From Myxococcota bacterium (GTDB lineage: Bacteria > Myxococcota > JACRCW01): DNA of 33,595 nt. The position numbers were made by a program, and so were the translations under genes. A model generated the notes under the pieces. It was not told the origin of the DNA. It made no database searches and saw only the letters and a list, made by a program, of their open reading frames with translations. Shown here piece by piece: positions 9,332 to 18,162 of the stretch. Within the stretch, counting starts at the first letter, position 1. Each line of letters opens with the position of its first letter. The DNA lies in the NCBI GenBank assembly GCA_040752415.1, contig JBFMGU010000112.1:1-33595 (forward strand), given 5' to 3'.

Positions 9332-10540
9332 TCAGAAGGACTTCAGCGTGTCCATGATGCGCTTGGCGATCACGATGCGCTGCACCTGACCCGTGCCCTC
9401 GAAGATGTCGTAGACCTTGATGTCGCGGAAGAACTTCTCCAGCAGCGTGCTGCGCTCCAGCCCGGTGCTGCCCACCACCTGCAATGCGTCGATGGTGGCC
9501 TGCTGCGCCGCCTGCGCGGCAAAGACCTTGGCCATGGACGCTTCCTTGGCGTTGGGCAGCTCCTCGTCGGCCATCCACGCGGCGCGCCAGCACAGCAGGC
9601 GGGCCGCATCCAGCTTGCGCGCGGTGCGGGCCAGCACGTCCTTGATCTGCTGGTAGCGCGGGATGGGCCGGCTGAGCATGTAGTTCTCACGCACGTAGTC
9701 GGTGGCCAGCTCCAGCGCGCCGCGACCAATGCCCACCGCCATGGCGGCGACGATGGGACGCGTGGAGTCGAAGGTCTTCATGGCGCCCATGAAACCTTCC
9801 TTGCCCTCGTAGTGCTTCTCCCCGCCCAGCAGGTTGTCCTGGTGCACGCGACAATCCTCCAGCACCAGCTCCGCCGTCTCGGAGGCGCGCAGGCCCATCT
9901 TCTTCTCGATCTTGCCCACGCTGAACCCGGGCGTGCCCTTCTCCACGACGAAGGCGCGGTGCCCGGCCCGACCCAGGCCCCTGTCCACCGTCGCAAAGAT
10001 CACCACCCAGTCGGCCTTGGCGCCGTTGGTGATGAAGCACTTGCGGCCGTTGAGCACCCAGTGGTTCCCATCCTTGCGACACGTGGCGGAGATGGCGCTC
10101 ACGTCGCTGCCGGCACCCGGCTCGGTGAGTCCATACGCACCGAAGCGCGGCTTGTCCTTCAGCTTGAAGGGGGCAAGGAAGCGCTCCTGCTGCTCGGGGG
10201 TGCCCATGAACTTCACGGGCGGTCCGCCGAGGCCGGGGCCGGGCAGGTTCAGGATCACGCTGCCATCACCCCAGCTCATCTCCTCCACGGCAATGAGGCT
10301 GATGCGGTTGGACTGGCGCGGGCCCTTCTTGGGCTTGTCCGCGTCGCCGCCCACGGGCTCCTCGCCGGGGAGCGCGGTGCCGCCGGAGATGCCCATGTGC
10401 ATCAGCTCGGTGAGGAACTCGTCGGAGTAGCCGTGGTTGCGGTCGGACTCCTCGGCAATGGGGCGCACCTTCTCGCGCGCCAGCCAACGGAGGAACTCCC
10501 GCACCTGGTTCTGTCCTTCGGTCAGCTTGAAGCTCATCAT
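9332..10540 (-). CDS. Acyl-CoA dehydrogenase (catalytic subunit)
   Basis: GAYGLTEPGAGSDV, WVLNGRKCFITNG, KMGLRASETAELVLEDC, FRDIKVYDIFEGTGQVQRIVIA (catalytic Glu present). Confidence 0.95.
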   Translation of the reverse strand: MMSFKLTEGQNQVREFLRWLAREKVRPIAEESDRNHGYSDEFLTELMHMGISGGTALPGEEPVGGDADKPKKGPRQSNRISLIAVEEMSWGDGSVILNLPGPGLGGPPVKFMGTPEQQERFLAPFKLKDKPRFGAYGLTEPGAGSDVSAISATCRKDGNHWVLNGRKCFITNGAKADWVVIFATVDRGLGRAGHRAFVVEKGTPGFSVGKIEKKMGLRASETAELVLEDCRVHQDNLLGGEKHYEGKEGFMGAMKTFDSTRPIVAAMAVGIGRGALELATDYVRENYMLSRPIPRYQQIKDVLARTARKLDAARLLCWRAAWMADEELPNAKEASMAKVFAAQAAQQATIDALQVVGSTGLERSTLLEKFFRDIKVYDIFEGTGQVQRIVIAKRIMDTLKSF

Positions 10541-10552
10541 GGCGGGTTCCTC

Positions 10553-11740
10553 TCAGAGCAGCACGGGCTGGAGGGTGGGGGAGGGCACGCGCAGCAGCTT
10601 GCGCGCCTCGTCGGGGTTGAGCATCGCGTCGGCCACCAGCTCGTCAGCGTGCTGGCTCGTCATGGCGTAGCTCATGGCCGCCTTGGCCTCGCGCATCCAC
10701 TTCTCGACGGGCAGGTCCTGGATGAACCCCGCGCCGCCGTGCACCTGCACCCCCTGGTTGGTGACCCACATGGCGGTCTCCTGCACCTCCGCCACCGCCT
10801 TGCATGCCTCCAGGATCGCGTTCTCGTCGTTGTCGTCGAGCGCCGCGGCCGCGCGCCACACCATCCAGCGCATGGAATCCACCGCGGTGGCCATGTCCGC
10901 CAGGAGGAAGCCCAGCGCCTGGTGATGACCAATGGGCTTGCCAAATGTCTTGCGCGTCTGCGCGTACTCCAGCGCGAGCACGTAGGAAGCGCGCGCCCCA
11001 CCCACCAGCCGCGCCGCCGAGCGCAACGCCGCGCGGACGAAGAGCTCGGTGGCCTTGACTGCAAAGTCACCGCCGGCGGTGAGGCGCGCGTCGTCGGAGA
11101 CCTTCACGTCCTGCAGGGTGATGGGCGCAATGCCCGCGGCATCAAACGCCAGCACGCCCAGCTTCTCGCCCACCGTGAGACCCTTGGCCGCGCGCTCGAC
11201 GACAAACGCGCCCAGTCCTTCACCCTCCACGCGCGCGAACACCACGAAGTGCCGGGCGCGCGGCGCATGCAGCACGTGGCTCTTGGCGCCGCTCAGCACC
11301 CAGCCACCGCCGGAGCGCACCGCGCGGGTCTGCATCTCGCCCTCGGGGTTGGGCTTCTCGCTGTAGGCCACCGCGCCGCGCAGCGTGCCGTCGGCCGCGT
11401 AGTCCTTGAGCCAGCGCGCCTGCTGCGCCTCACTGCCCAGCAGCCGCAGCGCGAGCCCGAACGCACCGGGACCAGGGAGGGCGTAGCTCGTGCCCAGGTC
11501 GGCGTAGCCCAGCTCCTCGCCCACCAGCACCTCGGTGCGTTCGCCCATGTCGCTGCCGCCCACGCTGGAGGGCAGGCTGAGCGCGGCAATGCCCAGCTCC
11601 GCGTAGGCCTTCTCCAGCGACGGCGTCAGCGCACCCGCCGCCTCGAACTCCCGCAGGCGGGGCCGAATCTCCTTCTCCCCGAACGACCGGACCGTATCCA
11701 CAAGGAGCTTGGTGTCCTCGTCATGGCCGAAATGGATCAT
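10553..11740 (-). CDS. Acyl-CoA dehydrogenase family protein (degenerate partner subunit)
   Basis: GWVLSGAKSHV, YAQTRKTFGKPIGHHQAL, GVQVHGGAGFIQDLPVEKWMREAK; lacks the C-terminal (Y/F)EGT motif. Confidence 0.9.
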   Translation of the reverse strand: MIHFGHDEDTKLLVDTVRSFGEKEIRPRLREFEAAGALTPSLEKAYAELGIAALSLPSSVGGSDMGERTEVLVGEELGYADLGTSYALPGPGAFGLALRLLGSEAQQARWLKDYAADGTLRGAVAYSEKPNPEGEMQTRAVRSGGGWVLSGAKSHVLHAPRARHFVVFARVEGEGLGAFVVERAAKGLTVGEKLGVLAFDAAGIAPITLQDVKVSDDARLTAGGDFAVKATELFVRAALRSAARLVGGARASYVLALEYAQTRKTFGKPIGHHQALGFLLADMATAVDSMRWMVWRAAAALDDNDENAILEACKAVAEVQETAMWVTNQGVQVHGGAGFIQDLPVEKWMREAKAAMSYAMTSQHADELVADAMLNPDEARKLLRVPSPTLQPVLL

Positions 11741-11818
11741 CCCGTCACCACCTTGTCTGGACGCTGTGAATCGTATTGAGCGGGCACTTCCGCCGCACGA
11801 GCGTCAGCTAAGCGTGGA

Positions 11819-11834
11819 TTGACACGCCAGTCAA
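11819..11834. promoter_or_regulatory. Palindromic operator TTGAC-N6-GTCAA (copy 1, proximal to acyl-CoA dehydrogenases)
   Basis: TTGACACGCCAGTCAA; 17/18 identical to 18236-18253 when the trailing GG is included. Confidence 0.65.
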
Positions 11835-11938
11835 GGCGCTACGACGCGCTGCGGCAACCGGCGCTCCCCGGCCGCCCTTGGAGGTGGGGCTGGGTCGGCA
11901 GATGGGGAGAGGGCCGCGTCTGGAGCTGGGACTGGGAA

Positions 11939-11954
11939 TTGACGCCGCGGTCAA
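11939..11954. promoter_or_regulatory. Palindromic operator TTGAC-N6-GTCAA (copy 2, distal)
   Basis: aTTGACGCCGCGGTCAAt, exactly 120 bp from copy 1, preceded by GGAA. Confidence 0.6.
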
Positions 11955-11970
11955 TCCGGTGTGCGCGGGG

Positions 11971-12903
11971 TCACGCGCGGGTGACGGCTTCTTCCAGGAA
12001 GGTCAGCGTGCCGGCGTCGGCGTCCAGGCGGGCCAGGGCGCCGTGCGGCAGCGCGTGATTGCCCGGGATGTGGCCGAAGGGCAGGTCCATCACCACCGGC
12101 ACCGCGGCGTCGGCAAAGATGCTGCGCAGCACCTGCTCGGCGGTGAAGCCCTTCTCCTTGTCCTCGCAGTTGCTGAACGCGCCCAGCGCCACGCCCAGCA
12201 CGCCGCTGAGGTTGTTGGTGGTCTGCAGCAGCTGGGTCAACAGGCGGTCCAGCCGGTAGGGACGCTCGCCGTCGTCCTCGAGGAACAGGATGCTGTCGGA
12301 GAGGTCCGGCCACCAGCGCGTGCCCGCCATGGCCACCAGCACCGCCAGGTTTCCGCCCACCAGCCGGCCCACCACCGTGCCACGCCCCCGCAACGCCGTT
12401 CCTGTCAGGCGCGCAAGGCCTGCGTTCCCCTGCACCACACGACAGAAATGCGTGCGCGTCTCGTCGGGCTCGTGGGCCAGGCTGGTGCACACGGGGCCGT
12501 GCACGCTGCGCCAGCCGAGCGTGGTGTAGAGATACGAGTGCAGCGCGGTGATGTCGGAGAAGCCGCACAGGAGCTTGGGTTGCGCCGCGCGCAGCTTGCT
12601 CTCGTAACGGTCCAGGATGGGGAGGAGCCGGGTGGCGCCGTAGCCGCCGCGGGCGGCCAGGACCATGCCGGCCTCGCGGTCGCACAGCGCGTCGACCAGC
12701 TCGAGCGCACGCGTCTCGTCGGAGGCCGCCAGGTAGCGGTCCGCGCGGCTCAGGTCCGGGGGCTCCGAGATGCGGAAGCCCATGCTCATCAGGGTCTGCC
12801 GGCCCTTCTCCAGGGCAGCAGGATCAAAGGGGCTGGATGGCGCGACGAGACGGATGGTGCCGCCATCTCTCAGCCCGACGGGAAGCTCCAGCGTGCGCGA
12901 CAT
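11971..12903 (-). CDS. ldcA: LD-carboxypeptidase (peptidase S66, muramoyltetrapeptide carboxypeptidase)
   Basis: VAPSSP, ARGGYGA, GFSDIT (Ser), GRLVGGNL, LFLEDDGE (Glu), LPFGH (His): full Ser-Glu-His triad. Confidence 0.92.
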   Translation of the reverse strand: MSRTLELPVGLRDGGTIRLVAPSSPFDPAALEKGRQTLMSMGFRISEPPDLSRADRYLAASDETRALELVDALCDREAGMVLAARGGYGATRLLPILDRYESKLRAAQPKLLCGFSDITALHSYLYTTLGWRSVHGPVCTSLAHEPDETRTHFCRVVQGNAGLARLTGTALRGRGTVVGRLVGGNLAVLVAMAGTRWWPDLSDSILFLEDDGERPYRLDRLLTQLLQTTNNLSGVLGVALGAFSNCEDKEKGFTAEQVLRSIFADAAVPVVMDLPFGHIPGNHALPHGALARLDADAGTLTFLEEAVTRA

Positions 12904-12909
12904 GGTCGC

Positions 12910-12937
12910 ACCTTAGCCGTGAGGGCGCGCGCGGCAA
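12910..12937 (-). promoter_or_regulatory. Putative sigma70-type promoter for a leaderless ldcA transcript
   Basis: Minus strand TTGCCG-N16-TAAGGT-N6-ATG with no Shine-Dalgarno. Confidence 0.45.
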
Positions 12938-12981
12938 GAAAACCGCGACTCCCGTGACGGCGGGCTCCCGTCATGCGGGCG

Positions 12982-13179
12982 TCAGCGGTCGCGACGGTGC
13001 GAGCGCGCGTGGTAGCGACGCAGGCAGTCGGTCACGGAGGCCTTGGCCAGCAGGTCCGCCTCGTCGGGGTCCCTGGCCACGCGCTGCGCCTCGTCGTAGA
13101 AGGCGGTCACCAGGTCACCCAGCGTCAGCTCCATCTTGTTCGACTTCTTCCTCAGGGCACGGCTCGGAACGGAACCCAT
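12982..13179 (-). CDS. Small hypothetical protein (65 aa)
   Basis: MGSVPSRALRKKSNKMELTLGDLVTAFYDEAQRVARDPDEADLLAKASV…; strong RBS AGGAGGAG immediately upstream of the ATG; helical and GC3-biased. Confidence 0.7.
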   Translation of the reverse strand: MGSVPSRALRKKSNKMELTLGDLVTAFYDEAQRVARDPDEADLLAKASVTDCLRRYHARSHRRDR

Positions 13180-13434
13180 GTTCTCCTCCTTGCGACTCTG
13201 CCGCGCCCCTTTGTTGCGGCGCGTGCACGTGCTGGCAACCTGTGCATCCCGCGTGCCGAGCTTCCCGGCACCGGCCCCGCTCCCGCATCCTCCCGATTTA
13301 TCGCAGTTTCTCGACGGACCACGTCGGTGCATGTGGGATGGGCACCTGCATCCCGGCGTGTCTGGCCGCGTCACGGCTGCCACAGGGCTGCGCACGGGCA
13401 GCAACATTCCTGACTGCGGGTGGGGGATCCGGCG

Positions 13435-13460
13435 GTGACGCGGGAGGGACGGGCGGCGTA
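13435..13460 (+). promoter_or_regulatory. Candidate ECF-type autoregulatory promoter
   Basis: GTGAC-N17-CGTA about 20 nt upstream of the proposed GTG start of the ECF sigma; resembles the general ECF -35 (xAC) / -10 (CGT) architecture. Confidence 0.35.
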
Positions 13461-13479
13461 CCAGGGAAGGGACGCAGGC

Positions 13480-14094
13480 GTGTCAGACCAGGGCCCTTCC
13501 CCGCGACAGCAGGCCACCTCCGGTGACACGGACGCGGCACTGATCGAGCGCGCGTGTCGCGGGGAGGCGGAGGCGTTTGGGACGCTGGTGGCCCGGTACG
13601 AGGTTCCGTTGTTCAACTTCATGGTGCGTTTCTGTGGAAACCGTGACCTGGCGCGCGACCTCTGCCAGGAGGCCTTCCTCAAGGCGTTCCGTGGCCTGCC
13701 CGGATTCCGGGTGGGCTCTCCGTTCAAGCCGTGGCTCTACCGCGTGGCCATCAACGCGGCGCACAGCCACCGTCGGCGCGCCTCGCGACGGGAGACCGGC
13801 GTGGAGGACATGACCGAGCTGGAGCAGCAGGACACCGCGGGCAGCGCCCAGCCGCCCCCCGCCGCCGACGCGCAGCTGGTGCTCAACCAGGACGGCGTGG
13901 CGGTGCAGCACGCGTTGGCGGAGCTGCCGGACGCTCTGCGTGAGGCGGTGGTACTGAAGTTCGTGGAAGACTTTACCTACGAGGAGATGGCCGACGTGCT
14001 GGGGGCGCGCGTGCCGGCCCTCAAGATGCGGGTGCACCGCGGGTTGCAGCGGCTGCGGGAGCTGCTGGCGTCGGGGCAGGGAGGTGGCGGATGA
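13480..14094 (+). CDS. ECF RNA polymerase sigma-70 factor (RpoE-like)
   Basis: 'DAALIERACRGEAEAFGTLVARYE', region 2 'DLCQEAFLKAFRGL…FKPWLYRVAIN', region 4 'LPDALREAVVLKFVEDFTYEEMADVLG…KMRVHRGLQRLRELL'. Start uncertain (GTG 13480 or 13420). Confidence 0.93.
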   Translation: MSDQGPSPRQQATSGDTDAALIERACRGEAEAFGTLVARYEVPLFNFMVRFCGNRDLARDLCQEAFLKAFRGLPGFRVGSPFKPWLYRVAINAAHSHRRRASRRETGVEDMTELEQQDTAGSAQPPPAADAQLVLNQDGVAVQHALAELPDALREAVVLKFVEDFTYEEMADVLGARVPALKMRVHRGLQRLRELLASGQGGGG

Positions 14095-14330
14095 CCACGC
14101 GTGACCCCGGTGAAGCCACCGACCCGCAACTGCAGGACGCGGCCAACCTGCTGCGCAGTCTTCCCGTCGAGAAGCCGGAGGGCTCGCTCTCGGAATCCAT
14201 CATGGCCCAGGTGCGGCCCGCGGCGGAACGTCGACGTCGCGTGTGGCGCACGCTGATTGCGTTGGCGCTGTGCGCGGCGCTCTTCTACGTGGGCACGCTG
14301 GCGTGGGCGCTGCTGGGGGAGTCGCCATGA
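14091..14330 (+). CDS. Small single-pass membrane protein, putative anti-sigma factor
   Basis: ATGA overlap with the sigma stop; 'LLRSLPVEKPEGSLSESIMAQVR' followed by RRRR and one TM helix, the usual anti-sigma position and shape. Confidence 0.7.
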   Translation: MTTRDPGEATDPQLQDAANLLRSLPVEKPEGSLSESIMAQVRPAAERRRRVWRTLIALALCAALFYVGTLAWALLGESP

Positions 14331-14731
14331 GTCGCGGCTACACCCTCTGGGAGCTGGTGGCGGCCACCACGTTGACGCTGTTCGTGACGTTGGGCGGCGT
14401 GACCGCGCTGCAGGTGCGCGCCAAGGGTGAGCGGCGGGCGGATGCGTTGCGGCAGGCGCTTCACGTCGTGAAACGGGCGGACGCGGAGCTGCAGAAGACG
14501 CCCGCCGACCCGTGCGCGGTGCACCACGCGCTGCCCGGGGAGAAACCCGCGGACTGCCTGGCGCCGAGGAGCGGGAAGCTTCCGGGTGGCACGCCGTATC
14601 ACCTCACGCTGGAGCGGCGGCCCGCGCTGCCGGGGACGGTGGTGGCCCGACTGGTGTTCATGCACCACGACGTCGAGCTGCTGCGCCACGACCTCATCAT
14701 CCCGGTTGGCGACGAGGGGAGGCGGCCGTGA
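14327..14731 (+). CDS. Type IV pilin-like protein (PilV/GspI-like minor pilin)
   Basis: Class III signal MSRG|YTLWELVAATTLTLFVTLGG with Glu at +5; two Cys in the globular part; ATGA overlap with the previous gene. Confidence 0.7.
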   Translation: MSRGYTLWELVAATTLTLFVTLGGVTALQVRAKGERRADALRQALHVVKRADAELQKTPADPCAVHHALPGEKPADCLAPRSGKLPGGTPYHLTLERRPALPGTVVARLVFMHHDVELLRHDLIIPVGDEGRRP

Positions 14732-15561
14732 AACAACGTCGTCAGCCCCGGGGCTACGCCATGATGCTGGCGCTCATCCTCACCGCCGCGGTGCTGGGTG
14801 GAAGCGCGTTGGCGTTGCAGCGCACCGTGTCCGAGCGGAGGGCCATGAAGCTCCAGCAGGAGACCGTGCAGCTCGAGAGCGCGTTGCGCAGCGGTGAGCG
14901 GCTGGCGCAGTCGTTGGTGGCCGCGGCGCGGGTGGGCCCGCAGGATGTGACGCTGTCCGACGTCAACCTGCAGCTCCGCTTCACCGAGCGCTCCGCGCTG
15001 CCCGCGCGTTACGACGTGGACATCAGCGCGAGGAAGGGTAGCGGCGCCCGTCGGACCATGGCGTGTTACCAGCGCGTCCTCACCCTGCCCGCGTGTGTCG
15101 GCTGTGATGGCGCGGGTTTGGGTCCGCAGGATGTCGTCGAGCAGGTGCGGGTGCTGGCGGCGTCGCCGGATGCGTGTGTGCACCGCGTGGAAGGTGCGGA
15201 GCCGGTGTCATTGCCGCCGCCGGAGTGCGCCCAGGCGCCGGTGGTGGTGCTCGACGTGACGGGGGACGTGGTTACCGTGGTGCCGGGAACCCGCACGGTG
15301 CAGGGCCCGCAGATGGTGCACGTGCGTGGCGCCCGGACGGTGCGGGTGGCGGGGGTGCACGACCTCACGGACACGCTGCTGGCGACGACGGGGGACCTGG
15401 AGCTGGAGCCCGGTGCGCAGCTGAAGGTGGACGGTGCGGTGCTCGTGAACGGTCAGGTGCGCGGCGCGGTGGAGGCCGTTTCCGACGAGAAAGCGGTGCG
15501 CGCGCTGCTCAGCCCGCCGGTCCCGGGTTGCACCGACGTGGTCACGGCGTCTCCAGGGTGA
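14728..15561 (+). CDS. PilX/GspK-like minor pilin
   Basis: GTG start, basic leader KQRRQPRG|YAMMLALILTAAVLGG (no Glu5, as typical for PilX/GspK), long helix 'ALRSGERLA', beta-rich C-terminus; GTGA overlap. Confidence 0.6.
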   Translation: MKQRRQPRGYAMMLALILTAAVLGGSALALQRTVSERRAMKLQQETVQLESALRSGERLAQSLVAAARVGPQDVTLSDVNLQLRFTERSALPARYDVDISARKGSGARRTMACYQRVLTLPACVGCDGAGLGPQDVVEQVRVLAASPDACVHRVEGAEPVSLPPPECAQAPVVVLDVTGDVVTVVPGTRTVQGPQMVHVRGARTVRVAGVHDLTDTLLATTGDLELEPGAQLKVDGAVLVNGQVRGAVEAVSDEKAVRALLSPPVPGCTDVVTASPG

Positions 15562-15937
15562 GCCTCCAGGCGCCGTCCTCCTTCACCAGCCTCATCTGCT
15601 GCGTCTGGTAGTTGCTGTCGGTCATCTTCACGGTGGCGCTGGTCTCGTCCTGCTTGAGCACCTCCACGGCGAGGATCTTCCGCTGCAGCCCGGCGCCCAT
15701 GGCCTCCGCCAGCACTTCCTTGCGCGGGTCCCCGCCCTGGCTCTTGAGCTTGGCCTGGTCCACGTAGGCCTGGAGCGCCTTCTGGCTGTCGCGGGAGAAG
15801 AGGCCAAACGCCTTCTCCACGTCCTTCTCCTCGACCGCGGTGAGGAACGTCTTCACGGTGGCGGCGGGGTCGTCGCGCGAGCAGGCGAGGGGGGCGGTGA
15901 GCAGCAGGGCGGTCAGCAACAGGTGGGAGAGACGCAT
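15542..15937 (-). CDS. Small lipoprotein, NTF2-like fold (DUF4878-like)
   Basis: Lipobox PLAC; 'DPAATVKTFLTAVEEKDVEKAF…ATVKM…MRLVKEDGAWRL' pattern. Confidence 0.75.
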   Translation of the reverse strand: MRLSHLLLTALLLTAPLACSRDDPAATVKTFLTAVEEKDVEKAFGLFSRDSQKALQAYVDQAKLKSQGGDPRKEVLAEAMGAGLQRKILAVEVLKQDETSATVKMTDSNYQTQQMRLVKEDGAWRLTLETP

Positions 15938-16000
15938 GGCGCGGGCTCATAGCATCCAGCGCTTGGCCGTGCGGGTGCTCCCCGACCTATAAACGCCTGC

Positions 16001-17284
16001 ATGATCGCCCTGACCGCAGCCTGGACCGTCTTGGCCGTGGGTCTCGCCGCCGCCCCCAGCCCCACCGCCCTCGACGCGGGACGCCAGCTTGGCGCGAGCT
16101 ACCTGCGCACCGTCTCGTCGCTGCCGACGACGGAAAGGCCCACCAGCGCGCGCATCCAGGTGGAACCCGTCGACGACGCCAAGCGCCTCGAGGGAATCAC
16201 CCAGGGCGTGCGTGAGTCGCTGTCCACCGGTGGCGTCCGGTTCCCGGAGAACGAGATCGACGTCGTCGACGCGCTCATCACCTTGCGTGCACTGCCCACC
16301 GAGGAAGGCCACCGCGCCGCGCTCACGGCGGTGGGGGCCAACACCGGCGCTGTGCTGTGTGAGACGTCGGTGACGCTGGTGAAGGACGCGCTGGCCACGC
16401 CGGAAGGCGGGGAGCGCCTGGCCTCGCGTGACGTCGACGGTGCCGCGGTGAAGCTGGCTGCCGCGATTGCGGGAGCGTTGGACACCATGCCGGGCGACGT
16501 GCGCTACCAGCGCGTGGCCGTCATGCCGCTGGAGGACCGCGGGCCCGGTGCCAAGGAAGCCAAGGCCGGGGAGGCCCTCTCCGTCCAACTGCAGAAGCTC
16601 CTGAGTGAGCAACACCGCATCAACGTCGTCGACCGCAAGGCGCTCTCGCGCGTGCTGGCCAACCAGTCCCTGGCGCAGGCCACCGGCAATGAGGGCATGG
16701 TGCGCACCGGGCAGCTCCTCGACGCGCAGGCCATGGTGATGGGCTCCGTCTCCGACGCAGGCGAGCAGTTCCTGGTCAGCCTCCGCCTCATCTCGGTGAC
16801 CACGGGCGAGGTCCTGGTGGCCCGCTCCGCGACGATGCCGCGCAAGGGCGTGGTGGCGCTCTCCAACAGCATGCTCGAGCTGAAGGACCGCGGCAGCGCC
16901 ACGTTTCGCAGCGTCATCGTCCCCGGGTGGGGGCAGATCTTCCTGGGGCAGCGACTCAAGGGCAGCCTGCTCATGAGCTCGGCGGTGGTGTTCGCAACGT
17001 TGGGCGCGGTGCTGCTGGCCTCGGGCGCGGCGGTGCACATCTTCTACGCCCTCACCAACCCCTACGCGGCCATCAACACCACGCTGCCCGGGGGCATCCC
17101 CGTCTCGTTCAAGCCCTTCTCCCGTCCCGGCGTCGACAGCGCGGATGAGTTCGAGCAGACCGCGCGCACGCTCCGCTCCGTGGCCGCAAGCCTCTACATC
17201 CTCGGTGCCATGTCCGTGCTCGTGACCGGTGCCGTGTGGATCTTCAACGTCGCCGACGCGTACGCCTTTGGCGCGCCGGAATGA
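16001..17284 (+). CDS. Exported protein with CsgG/FlgO/TolB-N-like domain and C-terminal membrane region (DUF5683-like)
   Basis: Signal peptide; 'RVAVMPLE…NVVDRKALSRVLANQ…GQLLDAQAMVMGSVS…SLRLISVTTGEVL'; 'RSVIVPGWGQIF' plus TM helices ending 'WIFNVADAY'. Confidence 0.75.
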   Translation: MIALTAAWTVLAVGLAAAPSPTALDAGRQLGASYLRTVSSLPTTERPTSARIQVEPVDDAKRLEGITQGVRESLSTGGVRFPENEIDVVDALITLRALPTEEGHRAALTAVGANTGAVLCETSVTLVKDALATPEGGERLASRDVDGAAVKLAAAIAGALDTMPGDVRYQRVAVMPLEDRGPGAKEAKAGEALSVQLQKLLSEQHRINVVDRKALSRVLANQSLAQATGNEGMVRTGQLLDAQAMVMGSVSDAGEQFLVSLRLISVTTGEVLVARSATMPRKGVVALSNSMLELKDRGSATFRSVIVPGWGQIFLGQRLKGSLLMSSAVVFATLGAVLLASGAAVHIFYALTNPYAAINTTLPGGIPVSFKPFSRPGVDSADEFEQTARTLRSVAASLYILGAMSVLVTGAVWIFNVADAYAFGAPE

Positions 17285-18162
17285 TCGCGGGTCCCGACCT
17301 CGTCCGCAGGAACGTGTTGTGGCTGGTGGTCTGCACGGCCATCTGGGGGCTGGGCTTCGTCGCCACCGCGCGCACCCTGGCCAGCATGCATCCGCTGTGG
17401 AGCAACGCGGTGCGCTTCCTCATCGCCGCGCCAGTGGGGTTGCTGGTGTTCCGTCGGAAGCTCGTCGTGGACCGGGCGCACCTGATTGCCGCGGGCACCG
17501 CGAGCGTGTTCCTCACGGCGGCGTTTGCGTTCCAGACGTGGGGACTGCGTTACACCTCCGTCGGGAGGAGCAGTCTCATCACCGGCCTCTACGCCGTGTT
17601 CACGCCGCTGTGCGCGCCGCTCTTCCGCGCTCCGCCGCCGCGCGTGATGCACTTCGTGGGCGCGGTGGTGGCCTTTGCGGGGCTCAGCGTCCTCGGTGGC
17701 GCGTGGCAGGAGGGAGACGCCGGGCTGAACCTGGGTGATGCGCTCACGCTGGGCTGCGCGCTGGTGAGCGTGGGGCACATCTACGTCGTGGCCAAGGTGG
17801 CACCCGGGCGTGACCCGTTTGCACTCAACGCCCTGCAGGTCTCCTTCTGCGCGCTGTGGAGCCTCATCCTCGCGCTTCTCTTCGGAGGCCCCCCTCCGAC
17901 GTCGATGGACACCGAGACGCTGGTGGCCATGTCCTTCCTCGCCGTGTTCAGCAGCGTGGTGGCGTTTGGCATCCAGATGATGGCGCAGCAGGTCCTGTCC
18001 GCCTCCACCGCCGCCACGCTCCTCCTCATGGAAGCACCGTTTGGCGTCCTCTTTGGTGTGCTCCTCCTCTCGGAAACGCTGGCCATTCCTCAGCTGTTGG
18101 GCGGCGCGCTGATGCTGGGCGGCTGCATCCTGTCCGTTCGAGCGGATGCGGATCGGAATTGA
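17281..18162 (+). CDS. DMT/EamA family transporter
   Basis: AIWGLGFVA, RFLIA, QTWGLRYTSVGRSSLITGLYAVFTPL, LNLGDALTLGCA, MEAPFGVLFGVLLLSE; about 10 TM; ATGA overlap with the previous gene. Confidence 0.92.
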   Translation: MIAGPDLVRRNVLWLVVCTAIWGLGFVATARTLASMHPLWSNAVRFLIAAPVGLLVFRRKLVVDRAHLIAAGTASVFLTAAFAFQTWGLRYTSVGRSSLITGLYAVFTPLCAPLFRAPPPRVMHFVGAVVAFAGLSVLGGAWQEGDAGLNLGDALTLGCALVSVGHIYVVAKVAPGRDPFALNALQVSFCALWSLILALLFGGPPPTSMDTETLVAMSFLAVFSSVVAFGIQMMAQQVLSASTAATLLLMEAPFGVLFGVLLLSETLAIPQLLGGALMLGGCILSVRADADRN

